Part shown: piece after piece, positions 24,331 to 36,840 of the stretch
Numbering within the stretch: the first letter of the stretch is position 1
How the letters are laid out: each line of letters starts with the position of its first letter
Assembly (NCBI RefSeq): GCF_006345805.1
Contig: NC_042998.1
Span: 13,640,001 to 13,704,000 of the forward strand
Reading direction: 5' to 3'
Length of the DNA: 64,000 nt
From: Octopus sinensis
Lineage: Eukaryota
Notes under the pieces: model-generated
The model's database searches: none
What the model saw: the letters and a program-made list of their open reading frames with translations, nothing else
What the model was told of the DNA's origin: nothing
Made by a program: the position numbers and the translations under genes

Positions 24331-27300
24331 ATGCTATGTGCCCTTGGTAGAATTAATAATCATAATTATTGTCTTGCACCAAGCAAACATAATCGTTTCT
24401 ATGTCTTACAAAGCACTTAGCATCATGTCTTCTGACATGTTACATTCTAATCTCAAATTCCGAAGGAGTTAACATTGCTTTTCTTCTTTTCGGGCTAGAA
24501 AATAATAGAAGATAATGTGGCCAATGTAATAAACAAAACGCTTTTTCTCCAAATTGCAGTACAAGTACGAAATTTCAAATGAGAGCAGGCGTAATATTTA
24601 TCGCCTCAAACAAAAATTCGTAGGGGCATTCCATCCGGGTATTTATGTATTGACTTCATACGCTGCTGATTTCATCCTTTCTAGGTCAATCCAACTGAAC
24701 ATCAGTGTCAATGCACTCGGTGAGCAGCTCTCCAAGAGTTAAAGCTTAGTTCCGATTATAGAAGTAATTAATATTATTATTGCAAGAGATGAAAATTATT
24801 TCATATATTTATATTACATAAAAATATATAAATGAAAACACACACACACACATATCAACACACGCCTAGATAATGCGGGTATTGATTTTAGTGTTTAAAA
24901 CAACACATAAATACAAATGGGAATATGATTTCCATATATGTAACGTTCAATGTAACATTTAATCTCTACTTTTCAAAGCTACTTTATTTAACATGTTTGA
25001 CAAGGGTTTAGCGATGAATACTTGAAACAGATATTTGTTGATTGCGTAGGCGGTACAGAGAAATGAATATACACATATAACCATTCACACGCACAACACC
25101 CAACACACACACACACACACAGCACCATCACCCGGGCACATACACACACTCACACACTGAAACACGCACACTCACACGTATACACGCACACACACACACA
25201 TACATATATATGTAAATCAGTGGCTTTGCTTCAATGTATGAATATATGTGCACATATACACACATTACAAATTTTTATTACCAAGTGAAACCATCAGATA
25301 CAGAACTTACACACAAGTGTTCCGTCTTGATGCAACTCACACGCTCACATTTAAGAACACATAACACTATTATATTTAAACACTATGCGCGTTTTCACTT
25401 ATGTATTTTTTAATATTTCTCATTTGCAATTTATAGAACCTTTGAGATTAAAGTATATGCGACATCTTACAATGGGGGTTGTTACTTCAGCGCTAATGCG
25501 CGCCAAATGTACGTATCTTCGTTCATATTTTAACCAAATAACTCATCATATATGAGTTATCTACCTAATCTACTTCCATGACATTAAAACTTGGCCGAAG
25601 GGTATTTTATTAGATTAATCGCCAATATTATCTTAGCTGATCAAAACGGTTCTTTTCACAATATTTTCACGTTACTAAACAGAAATCTGATACACGTTTC
25701 AAATTCCTTTAGACTGTACAAGTAATTGTTCTAAGCATCAATAGTGACAAAAGCAAGGGTGTAATTACCCGGGTGTCTTTTCCTTGTTTGAATATTGTAC
25801 GCATCTGCCAATTCAGCAGAACATAAGGCAACGTAGCACGAAATGAGGGACATTAAAACAAAAAGTAATATCTTTACGGAAAAATACAAGGTCAAATATG
25901 GATAAACGATCCAGAGAAATACTCAATGACTGAGATGTGTCTTCCGTGTAAAGACGCACCTCAATATATGGCTGTCTTTCAAGATCGGATATAGATGAGA
26001 CCAATCTTTTCCGCATGATGTTGACCAGTAACCTTTATGAAATGAGAAGTAGCAAATTTAGCTCTAAATATAAAGACAGGATTGTTATAGCTTACAATTA
26101 TAGGAATCTATATAAATCTTAAGATGTACAGTTACTCACAATGATAAGAAGCATAGGTCTGCTACGATATATGCAATACTTCAAGGTCAATCAGCCAACA
26201 AATACCCTTCAGGATCTCGTTGTTTTTGTTTCCAGTTTTAAGCTTAGATAATAGCAGTAATTCTATTTGTTCTACGGTGTTGTGGATAATAAGCATGTCA
26301 CAATCTTTGACCGCAATAAAATATATTTGTTTCGTTCAAGTGTTCTATCCATCTCTTTTAGGCCGAGCTTAAATGAATTTATGACATATATGACATATAT
26401 GACACTCACTTCAATATCAATAGCAGCGGTTAAATTTCTTGATTACCAGTAAGTGATAACATTTTGCTGAGATATCAGAACTAGCGAACGTGCAATAATT
26501 GTGATTCTTGAAACGCGTTACCCTTGTAAATCTGAATGTACCCCTAGTTATCTGTCATTTGTCGTTAACATGTTATGAACAGACCAATATTCAATTTATT
26601 TCTAGGCTGACGGGAGAGAAGCATATTTCATGTCTAACGGCCTGGCTATTCTGTAGATTCGAACATTTGTCTTTACATTGTATCAATATATATTGGCTGG
26701 AAAATGGTTTTCGCATTACTATGCCCCATCTACACAAAAATATGGCTGATTACATTTTTCTTAGTTGACACATGATCCCTGCATTCCGATTAGTCAGCCC
26801 TATTTCTTTGTCTAGACTTGTGATATGTCTATTTAAGAGTACATTCTTGATTGTGTATTTCAAAGAAAATCTTTTATATTTGAGATTGTGTATATCAGAG
26901 TTTCTGTACTTCAAGCACAACCATTATATCCGAAGATGTCTATCAGAGAATGGGAATTTTAAATTGAAGATCTTGTATCAATTAAAAGCTGCTATTGTCC
27001 TGATTATCATAAAGCAGAATAATTGTGTAATGAGGTAGTAATTGCTTGCAACAAATTACAAATAGGTAGTAATCACTCGTGCATTAGTCATTTTGAGCAC
27101 CCAAATATTCAACAGAGGAAAACAAATATTAAGGCGGTAGTGTCTACTTTCTGGATTACCTTATCAGATGAAAGCATACACTATCAATGTAGTTAATTAC
27201 CACTTCACTACATAGTCTACTCTCATTGAGTTCAAGTGATATCGATGACATAGTTTGGTCGGAAGAGTGTTTGATGCTGAAGTCTATTTGATAGTTGCAG

Positions 27301-28712
27301 GAATGAAACAGTATGTATATATACAATGTGACAAAATTGAAAGATATATTCTGTTTATTTTTCCATTGCAATGTAAGTCTCCTCTCGTACCTCGTTTCAG
27401 GTCAAGGAATTTGAACTGAATGCACGATAGACAGGCTAATCTTTATAGGCTAATCTCAAACACTCAAAGACTTTATATAATTTCATATAGGTATACATCA
27501 TAAAAATACTCCACGTCTACAGAAGCGAAGACATGTTTTTTTAAATGACTTGCAAATCCATTGAAAGAGTAAATCATTTGCAAATGGACTTTCCAATTTT
27601 ATATAATTTTACCTCACTCATTTACATCGATATCTTTAATGAAATACATGATCTTTCAAACAGTTATGTCTTTTTATAATCTCAAACACAAATACACGTT
27701 TGAGGAAACTAACCTTGCGGACAGACTTTTAAAACTATCAGTCATTTATGGGATCCACTTTCTTAGGAGAATATAACTGGGGAACGAAGGTTTTATGGCG
27801 TTTTGGAGCACATTCGCTATCAAAAATTTCTGTATCTTATCACAAAGGAAGTAACTACATCTGCTAGTAAGATCGAAAACCACTGACATTAACTCATTCC
27901 GATATGCAGCATATGTAAATGCAATGATGGAGACCGTTTGTTCCTCAGAGCAACACACATAATTTTTCTTTTATGGAAGTTGTAATCACTATAGTCTCCT
28001 TTTCATGTGCTTGACAAAACTAAGTACGACACTTCTTGATGTCTTCTAGCGTGGGTATATATATTGTACTTTTGGTGAGCATCTATGGTATCTATGGTCC
28101 AAAACAAAGTTTGTCTGGAACCACAGAGTAAACAAATATGGAGTGTGATTCTAGAGGGAAATTACATAAAAGACATTGGTACCTAGTTCCATTCGTCGCA
28201 TGCTTAAAGCCTATAAATACATATACATGTACGCATATATAAATTTGCAAATTATAAAGAAATAGTATAATGAAAATATATTTAATAGTAATAAAATTCA
28301 AACATCATGACAAATTGATTTGTAACTTCAAGTATGTAAAGATAATTTAGGTTATTATATCTAACATTAACGAAATTGCGTGTGTATAAAGGCAAAATGC
28401 TAAATTCTTTTAAGACAAAGCAGAAATTAAGCTACGTCCGCAAATGAAAGAAAGTCTTTGCTAAATACTACATTGCCGATGTAACGTTAAGAAAGTGTTA
28501 ATAAATAAAAGATAATAGAAGATTATAATATTACCGAATTTAATATAATATAAAAATTTATACACCACGTATTGCTTTCTCTTGTATTGTACAATATATT
28601 CTATGTTTTGTAGAATGATATAAGGAATTTTTTTTCTCGGTACTACCGGATTACTTGGATCCATCTATTGTAACTTAAACTTATGTGCATATATATATAT
28701 ATATATGAGTGA

Positions 28713-28778
<66 letters not shown>

Positions 28779-29440
28779 GTTTATATTAGTTTTTCTCTTC
28801 GAGGGTATAAGTAAAATAGCAAAGGAAATTTTGCAATATAAATCATGAAAAAAAAAAAAAAACAAGACAGTCATCTCTTTTGAACTACGAATACTATATT
28901 AAATCATCTTGATCAACGCTTTTATTGCCCCTACATTATTGATAAGAATTAAGTTTTCTTCTAATTATAGTCATGTTCGTCAATTAATCAAAATATTCAC
29001 CGAATGTCTTCCACAAGTCAGCCAGGGGACTTGTTGTCAATTCAACTGATGAGATCATAAGTTCACAAGAGAATGGAAATTAAGCTCATTTGATATATTT
29101 TAATATAATTCTTCTTAATATTTCTTTCTGTATTGAATATAATCGTCTATAAGAATACTTTTTTTGTTTACTTTTTAATAGATTTCACCTATACGGCATT
29201 ACAAAGAAACGGTGAACTCTGCAGTGCATCACATTTGGCACTGATCTTAGGATTATTGTCTAAAGCCAAAAGATTTATTGACTCTAGGGTGAATTTAGGT
29301 CAGTCCCAGCAAAGTAAAACAAGCCTCTTTCAGAGTAGATGTGGTGGAGGGGGAGAATGAATGACAAAGAGAGAGAGAGAGAGCGATGGAGAAGAGCAAA
29401 ATTACGTGCGCGTGTTCATGTGTGTAAATGTGTATATTTC

Positions 29441-29472
<32 letters not shown>

Positions 29473-30121
29473 AGTGCATGTGTGTAGGTGTATGCGTCTG
29501 AGTGTTCTTGTGTGATCTAGAACCTTTCGTTCGATGCCAAGATGCTCTTTTATGTTTCGCTATAAGTAAAATTGCTAATATAATAACATACTCAATTATT
29601 TTGTCCAATTCACGAGGGAGGGAAGTCAAGGAAGACCAAAAATACGTCATCTGCATCTTTTCAGTTAACCTTGTCTCGTTGAAAATATATTATTTATCGA
29701 TTTCTGCAAGAAACTTTTGTTCTTCTTCTTAATCGATTGAACTGCACATAAAGCTGAAACTACTTCGCTTAGTTTTTTTTTTCTGTGATTTATATTACTT
29801 TTAGGATTGAAGAGAAATTTAGCGAAAGAAATCCCTGTTGTGTTAATATATCATAATTTAATTAAAACCTTTAGATTGTTTAAATAATGGACTAGATTTA
29901 CAGAAATGCTAGTTTTCTGCTGGACCTTAAGAGATGTCTCCATTAATCTGTCCAGATGTTCTGCAATTTAATTAATATCGGAGATACTACATAATTGTAG
30001 ACTTAAATATGGAATAATCCACAACGATGGATTCTTAAACTTACTTAAAATGCGAAATCTATATTAATTATGCTTCTGTATGGAAATGCAAGCTGTTTTT
30101 ATAATTTAAATGTTCTTTTTA

Positions 30122-30505
30122 CTCTCTCTTTTATTCTTTTACGTGTTTCAGTTATTTGACTGCGGCCATGCTGGAGCACCGCCTTTTAATCGAGCAACTC
30201 GACTCTGGGACTTATTCTTTGTAAGCCCAGTACTTATTCTATCGGTCTCTTTTGCCGAACCGCTAAGTGACGGGGACGTAAACACACCAGCAATGCTAGG
30301 GGGACAAACACAGACACACAAACACACACACACATATACATATATATATATATATACATATATACGACAGGCTTCTTTCAGTTTCTGTCTACCAAATCCA
30401 CTCACAAGGCTTTGGTCGGCCCGAGGCTATAGCAGAAGTCACTTACCCAAAATGCCACGCAGTGGGACTGAACCCGAAACCATGAGGTTGGTAATCAAGC
30501 TACTT
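30122..30505 (-). mobile_element. SINE family A, body and 3' part (head displaced to 32612-32651 by an insertion)
   Basis: Family A sequence stops at ...GGTTGGTAATCAAGCTACTT and resumes at 32612 as TGGTAAGAAGCTACTTACCACACAACCACTCCTGCGCC. Confidence 0.92.
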
Positions 30506-30679
30506 TATTTCAAAACATTTGCCATAAAGGCAGTACACAGATTAAGTTAGCTTTGCGGGCTGGACGAGGACATTAATGAAGTGAATGATAATGAAAGACA
30601 GATGATAAGGATGGGAGAAGACAAAAAGCGCCCGCCGACTTTCGCTTCTCTAAAACATTGTTCTTTTTAAAGATAAACA

Positions 30680-30814
30680 CAAAACGAGGTATTAAACCTC
30701 TTACATTTTTTCCAATTTTTGGACTTAGCAGTCCATTATTAATAAAAATGCAAAACGAGGTATTAAACCTCTTTCAATTTTCCAATTTTTGGACTTAGCA
30801 GTCCATTATTAATA
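30680..30814. repeat. Tandem duplication (2 x ~65-71 bp) in the 3' UTR with short hairpins
   Basis: 30680-30744 and 30751-30814 are near-identical; each carries GAGGT-ATTAA-ACCTC and GGACT-TAGC-AGTCC. Confidence 0.92.
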
Positions 30815-30829
30815 CTAACAGTTCAATAA

Positions 30830-32032
30830 TTACATATCGTCCTCGAAATAGCTTGTGCCCACGCTCTCCACCATCATACACGCCTCCCTCAGAACGTAAT
30901 CAAGTTCCGAGTTCGCGTCGCCCGGGACCAAGCTATAATCTTCATTGAGCTCCTTTAGCCCAAGCGTCACGTCGAACGCCACGGCCTCCACAGCTATCTG
31001 CGGAGGCCATTCGGGGTCCTGTGTGAAGGCTAAAGGAGCTCCTTTGTGGTACTCTTCCATCGTTTTTTTTTCAATTTCTCCTCCTCTATAGAAGAGGACC
31101 AATACGTTCAGTTCTTTCGTTGGCGGAACAGTTCCCGCCAACGTCTGCGGCTCATGGATATCAGCCGCCCGACCTTTCTTTCTTTTTCTCCTCCTTCTTT
31201 TGGGGGAGACTGCTGACCCAGGGGACTCCCTCACCAGACACGGGGGATCGCTATCCCCCTCCGCCACCTGAGCGTTCTTTGGCGAGCAGCCATTGTTGCT
31301 CGCCTGTCTCTTTCTTTTCGTGGAGGCAACCTCCTCCACGATTTCCACCGTCTCCCCCTCCAATGAGGGGGCGGCGGGCGCCTTTTCCCCTTCATGCTCC
31401 GGGGCACCACCACGGCCACCGGGACAATTCCTCTTGATATGTCCGGGCTTCAGGCACAGGTGACACTTGGGGGGGCGTCCCTCGAGTATCACCGGGTACC
31501 TGTGCCCAGCCATTCTCAGGAAGTTCGGGAATTTCATTTCTCCCACGGCCACCGGTGTCCACAGGGTCAAAGTTGCTTTTGACCCCTCCCAGGCGACCGC
31601 GGGAGCCATTTTCACACTCAGTAGCCTGGGTCCGCTATCCCCCAGGCCTCGCCGGATGGTCTTCTCGATCCATTCCGCCTCCGTGCCCGGGGGCAGCCCA
31701 CAAACCCAGGCTCTTTTTACTTTTCTGCCACAATACGAGGGGAGGAACAAAATTTCCTCTCCCTCCAGTGGCTCGCTAGCAAATCTGCTAGCTTCCTCGA
31801 GGGTATCAAACAGCAACCACACCGTTGCAAATTTACTCCCCCGAGAAATAAACTTTATCGTTGGTAGGTTGTCCCCCAACTCTTTCTCTATGGTGCTCCT
31901 GTCGAAGAGGGTGATAGCTCCACGCGACCTAGAATAGGTTCGTAGGACCACCGTCCTCTTCTCAAGACTTTCAATCCACTACTTGGGTGGGAAAACCTCC
32001 CATTCCAAAGCAGTGGTTTCTTTTGTTGCCAT
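30830..32032 (-). CDS. LINE (Tx1/L1-type) ORF1 nucleic-acid-binding protein, 400 codons, one in-frame TAG at codon 18
   Basis: ATG at 32032 is in frame with the 373-aa track ORF; KRTVVLRTY... RRM-like N-half, EGRPPKCHLCLKPGHIKRNCP CCHC knuckle, basic KRRRRKRKK and acidic tail; TAG at 31981-31979. Confidence 0.88.
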
Positions 32033-32203
32033 GATTTTGAAAAAAAGTTCAACTAAAAGTTCAAAGTCCAATAAGAAAAAACACAATGACAGAACAGAAA
32101 GACAGAACAGAGAAAAGGACGAAGGAAGACCGTTCAAATAATGGCAACACAGTTCTGCAACTGGTAATCCTCACGAAACAGGGTACTCCTAGTTGCAGCA
32201 CAC

Positions 32204-32315
32204 TTGGTTCTCCGTGGTAAATCCAAGCTCAATTGGTTCTCCGTGGTAAATCCAAGCACAATTGGTTCTCCGTGGTAAATCCAAGCACAATTGGTTCTCC
32301 GTGGTAAATCCAAGC
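32204..32315. repeat. Four tandem 29-bp monomers in the 5' UTR of the ORF1-only element
   Basis: TTGGTTCTCCGTGGTAAATCCAAGC(A/T)CAA starting at 32204, 32233, 32262 and 32291. Confidence 0.97.
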
Positions 32316-32611
32316 GAACAAATTAATTTTTGAGGAGGGGCAATGCCTCTTCAAAATACACAATTCTCACTAAAAGGTGAGACAATAAATACGCCAACAG
32401 GCAGAACAAATACATCCGAGGCAAAATGAAGCTTATTACGCGCAGAAAAGTGTTAACACTAATTAACATTAATGCCAAAAAAGTATTAACGGCAAGCAAT
32501 AAACCTCACTATGCTTCCAAAAATATCCAAAATGTCCTACCTTCCTGTAAAATGTTCAATAATTCACGTTAACACGTGACATTTGCCGGAGCAAATAACA
32601 GCACGTCTGTC

Positions 32612-32651
32612 TGGTAAGAAGCTACTTACCACACAACCACTCCTGCGCCCT
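32612..32651 (-). mobile_element. Displaced 5' head of the split SINE A
   Basis: Reverse complement of GGGCGCAGGAGTGGTTGTGTGGTAAGTAGCTTCTTACCA. Confidence 0.9.
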
Positions 32652-32722
32652 TTGTAAATATTTATTGAAATACACTGTTTGATGCAGAAATACAGTCTTG
32701 GGACGCATATGAGGTCATCAGC

Positions 32723-32796
<74 letters not shown>

Positions 32797-33447
32797 ATGT
32801 ATGTATGTATGTATATATTTCATACGTTTACGACTCACCGTTACCTAGTAATGAAGAAGACAATCGTTCACTGTTAAATTTTTCGCAAATTAATGAGAGA
32901 GTTATATAAACATTTATTATGATAATCCGTCAAATAGTATCTAATTTCCTGTTATGAATGACTGTTAAACTGTGGAAGCTATTGTTAAAGTAAAGCACGA
33001 AATGACTGAAAATTTCTCTTGGATCAGATGCAATACAAATGATGACAGATAGGTCTCACAAAATATGTAATACTGGATTAATATTTGAACAAAATATAAT
33101 AAAATTACTGACAGAAATGCACGCTCTATTTCATTTCTACTTTAGATTTCTAGAGTAATACAACTACGTAGCTTATAACTGTGCAAGAAAAATATGTTAT
33201 TGCATTTGTTAATTCTCAAGTATGATAATGAGGTGGCATTGGATGTAAGATCATTGATGCCTTCGTACATGGTTTGTATTTGATTGGAATAAATACGAAA
33301 AAGCGAGCATATTTATTTTTTTGTCATAAATTATCTCCATATCGGAATGAATCAGAGTGTGACACTGGTGTGTATACATAATATAACATCGATACCAGAA
33401 ACACGATTTATTGTTCTCTACACACTTGCACAAATTCATAACAATAG

Positions 33448-33793
33448 CATTCTTGCTCACAACATCATAAGCGGAAGGTGTAACCTCTCGAAAGAGCTGT
33501 TCTTCACTCCTGCTCCAGAGCGTCGGCTGCTGGGTCACTCCGAAAAGCTCTATCTGCGACGATCTCATCTCAATCGAAGGAGAGGGGCTTTCTCTGTCCG
33601 GGTTGCGGATCCGTGGAATAAGCTGCCGGACGAGATAGTGAAGATGCCGAGGACCGCTCGGTTCAAAGTCTCCCTTGACCACAAGTGGCCTGATCTCTTT
33701 ACGTGAACACCAGCCTGTACATAACTCCATATCACCCTACATGGTCTTGCTTTTCGCTTTTTGAGCCCAAAAATTAACTAACTAACTAACTAA
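33448..33793 (+). mobile_element. CR1-clade LINE 3' end with (AACT)n tail
   Basis: ILAHNIISGRCNLSKELFF...GHSEKL...RRGAFSVRVADPWNKLP...FKVSLD; tail AACTAACTAACT. Confidence 0.88.
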
Positions 33794-34761
33794 CATGTAA
33801 TCCATAAAACAAAGAAATATATACGCACTATACGCACTCTCTGACAAGTTGTGGTGTACCTGAGCACTGTATACAATTATTTCATTATTATATAATATTA
33901 TTATATACACAGATGACCACAAATCTAAATAAAGGAGAAATATAAAAAAGACATAACTGTTTGAAAGATCATGTATTTCACTAAAGATATCGATGTAAAT
34001 GAGTGAAGTAAAATTATATAAAATTGGACAGTTCATTTCTCTTTCAATGGATTTACAAGTTATTTTCTTTATAATTTGTCTTCGCTTCTGTAGTCTTGGA
34101 GTAGTTTTATGATATATACCTATATGTAATTATATAAAGTGTTATTATGAATACCTGTTGTGTGATGCAAATCTTATTTGAAATATTGTAAGCATACTTT
34201 ATAGCAGGCGATTTGTGGACATAGCACCAGAGTGGCAGTATTAACCGAATAAACCAAAAATGAACTAAATAAGTAACATCTTAATATTTAAAGACCGGGA
34301 AAATTTAAAACAGAAATAATTCCAAGAAATGACGAACAAATATCTCGAGCCAATTTACGTGCTAGTGAAAGAACGGTTTGAAACAGTTAAAGCACAAAAT
34401 CTTGGGGGAAGATATCATTTACCAAACTGAGCATTAGCAAGACCATGGCGCTCTTTCATTCATCTGATACATCTTTTCTAGTGACGATAAAAGATATAGA
34501 GAGGAAATATAAGGATACACGACGACGAAAAGATTAAAATAGGAGATATATCCTCTAAACATATTATTATATGTTGCATCATCACATACCAAATTGGCAT
34601 AAAAGCGTATTTTTATTTCTTTTATAAATTTCTTTATATAGAACACTTGTTTACGGAAATCGGTCTACGAAATATGTAGCATGTTTCTGTTGTTTCAGAA
34701 GATATATCACCTCTCATTTCTTCATTTCTGCCATTTTCTATATTTGTATATTTCGCTATTA

Positions 34762-34796
<35 letters not shown>

Positions 34797-35025
34797 AAAC
34801 AGAAACTGACCCTATAGGTTTCAAGAAGTCTTTGGACAGATTCCTTCAAGAAATCCCGGATAAACCCCCTACACCAGGATATGTCTCTGTAAACAATAAC
34901 TCTCTACTTGAGTGGGCCATAGTTCCCAAATTCTAACTTGAAAGACTTCACCAGGTGGTGTTATTAAGTTAGACATGGCCTGGGCCAATAATGGCCGAAA
35001 CCATCAAAGTATCAAAGTATCAAAG

Positions 35026-35026
<1 letters not shown>
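34797..35026 (+). mobile_element. CR1/L2-type LINE 3' end, second family, with (ATCAAAGT)n tail
   Basis: FKKSLDRFLQEIPDKPPTPGY...NNNSLLEW followed by a GGCCTGGGCC motif and tandem tail. Confidence 0.8.
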
Positions 35027-35060
<34 letters not shown>

Positions 35061-35062
35061 GA

Positions 35063-35128
<66 letters not shown>

Positions 35129-35439
35129 TATATATATATAATATATATATATATTCTTTATATTTTTTCATATATATATATATATAAAATATATATATAT
35201 ATATAATATATATATGTGTGTGTGTGGTGTGTGTGTGTGTGTGTGTGTTATATGATGTGGACACCAACATAAACTAGGCCGTTCATATAAAAACTAAATT
35301 TAACATGGCCTGCAGAATGTCTTCCAAGATTTTCAGGACTTTCCATTCGTGGGATATCCACAACGTTATCTTTCTGTTTACGTTCTTTGGGGTCGACTAA
35401 AAATCTTTATTCTCTCCGACGCCGCAGTGAGCGCTACAT

Positions 35440-35825
35440 CTGTATGATGTGCTACATCGCCCAAATGATGTTGACATGGCCTTTAATATTTGGACCCTGT
35501 TCTATCCGCTCACTTCACAAATAATACATTACATAATAATAAGGCACAATTATTTCACGTGAGTTGGCCCCAATGTCACAAACATTATACCATGAAAATG
35601 AAAGGAGAATTAAACAGCATAAAGTTCAAGAAGTATTTAACCAAATTCCTTCAAAAAATCCCAGATAAACCACCTACCCATGGATGTCTTCGTAAACAAT
35701 AGGTCTCTCCTCGAGAGGGCCATGTTTTCCGATTCCTGATTTCAATGACTTTTCAATGTGGTGCTATTAAGTTTGACATGGCCTGGGCCAATACTGGACG
35801 AGTCCTATCAGAGTATCTTAGTATC
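35440..35825 (+). mobile_element. Decayed copy of the second CR1/L2 3' end
   Basis: FKKYLTKFLQKIPDKPP; same ATTAAG.T.GACATGGCCTGGGCCAAT 3' UTR. Confidence 0.75.
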
Positions 35826-35913
35826 TAAATACATAGAAAGATATAGATATATTTATATGCATGTACATATCTATGATGAATATATCCATTTAAATAAGTG
35901 CATATATACATAT

Positions 35914-36083
35914 ATAAGCTGCCAGACGAGATAGTGAAGATGCCGACGACCGCTCGGTTCAAAGTCTCTTTTGACCAGATATGGCTTGAACTCTTTGCAT
36001 GAACACCCCTCCTGTACATAACTCCATGTCCCCCTACATGGCCTTGCCTTCTGCTTTTTGAGCCAAAAAATGAACTTAACTTA
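35914..36083 (+). mobile_element. Short CR1 3' end (same family as 33448-33793)
   Basis: ATAAGCTGCCAGACGAGATAGTGAAGATGCCG...TTTTTGAGCCAAAAAA...AACTTAACTT. Confidence 0.88.
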
Positions 36084-36132
36084 TGTAAATATGTATGCAT
36101 ATATGTATATATATATGCATATATATATGCAT

Positions 36133-36183
<51 letters not shown>

Positions 36184-36185
<2 letters not shown>

Positions 36186-36377
36186 GGTCCCGGGTTGAGT
36201 CGGGGTAACCACAGTAAATAAGGTACTCAATACATAGCATAGTAAGTTAATTTGTTTTATAGAAGGTGCTTCTACAGGACTAGAACTGTTTCATTCAAAT
36301 GAAATCATCAGGAAGGTTCCTGATGATTTCATGAATGAAACAGTTCTAGTCCTGTAGAAGCTCTTTCTATAAAATAA

Positions 36378-36379
<2 letters not shown>
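36184..36379. mobile_element. Penelope pLTR-like remnant forming a head-to-head foldback (arms 36250-36314 / 36317-36379)
   Basis: Arms differ by 3 substitutions and a 2-nt indel; each has CTGATGA...GAAAC boxes followed by an A/T-rich AAATAAA-like signal; embedded in (TA)n. Confidence 0.65.
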
Positions 36380-36431
<52 letters not shown>

Positions 36432-36448
36432 TATATATATATTAATAT

Positions 36449-36481
<33 letters not shown>

Positions 36482-36487
36482 TACACT

Positions 36488-36840
36488 AGGCTCGAAACGT
36501 TAAAGACGGTTATACTTCCCGAGTGTTAAACTAATACATATGTTTGTTGTCTACACCACCTGTCTTTGTCTTTTGTTTTTTTGGTGAATTGTCTCATACA
36601 TACACACGCGCGGATATATACACACACACACACACACATATATATATACAGGAAGTCAGGACGCCATGATAGAACGTTAGTTCCTACACGCATTTTTTCT
36701 CTCCTTGTTTTTTTCTGTGTATCTTTCTGTCGAAGAGCGTAGGCTCGAAACGTAAAAGACTTGTTTCTATTTCTATTCCTGAGCGCTATACTAATACATT
36801 TGCCTTCGTCTTTTGTTTATTTTCGTAAACTTTCCCGTTA
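36488..36840 (+). mobile_element. Two tandem Penelope pLTR-like remnants (36488-36590, 36655-36840)
   Basis: Shared AGGCTCGAAACGT.AAAGAC...CTAATACAT.TG; the second copy has a hammerhead-like hairpin GAGC-GTAG-GCTC-GAAA-CG-TA. Confidence 0.6.

Larger units (their letters stand above)
30506..32611 (-). mobile_element. ORF1-only non-LTR retroelement (Tx1/L1-derived, HAL1-like) with ~17-bp TSD
   Basis: Flanked by TGGTAATCAAGCTACTT (30489-30505) and TGGTAAGAAGCTACTT (32612-32627); single ORF1; only ~320 bp between the stop and an AATAAA-ended 3' terminus; no ORF2. Confidence 0.8.

Noticed and set aside
32204-32315. CRISPR-like array
   Set aside because: The units are contiguous with no unique spacers, the context is eukaryotic, and no cas genes are present.
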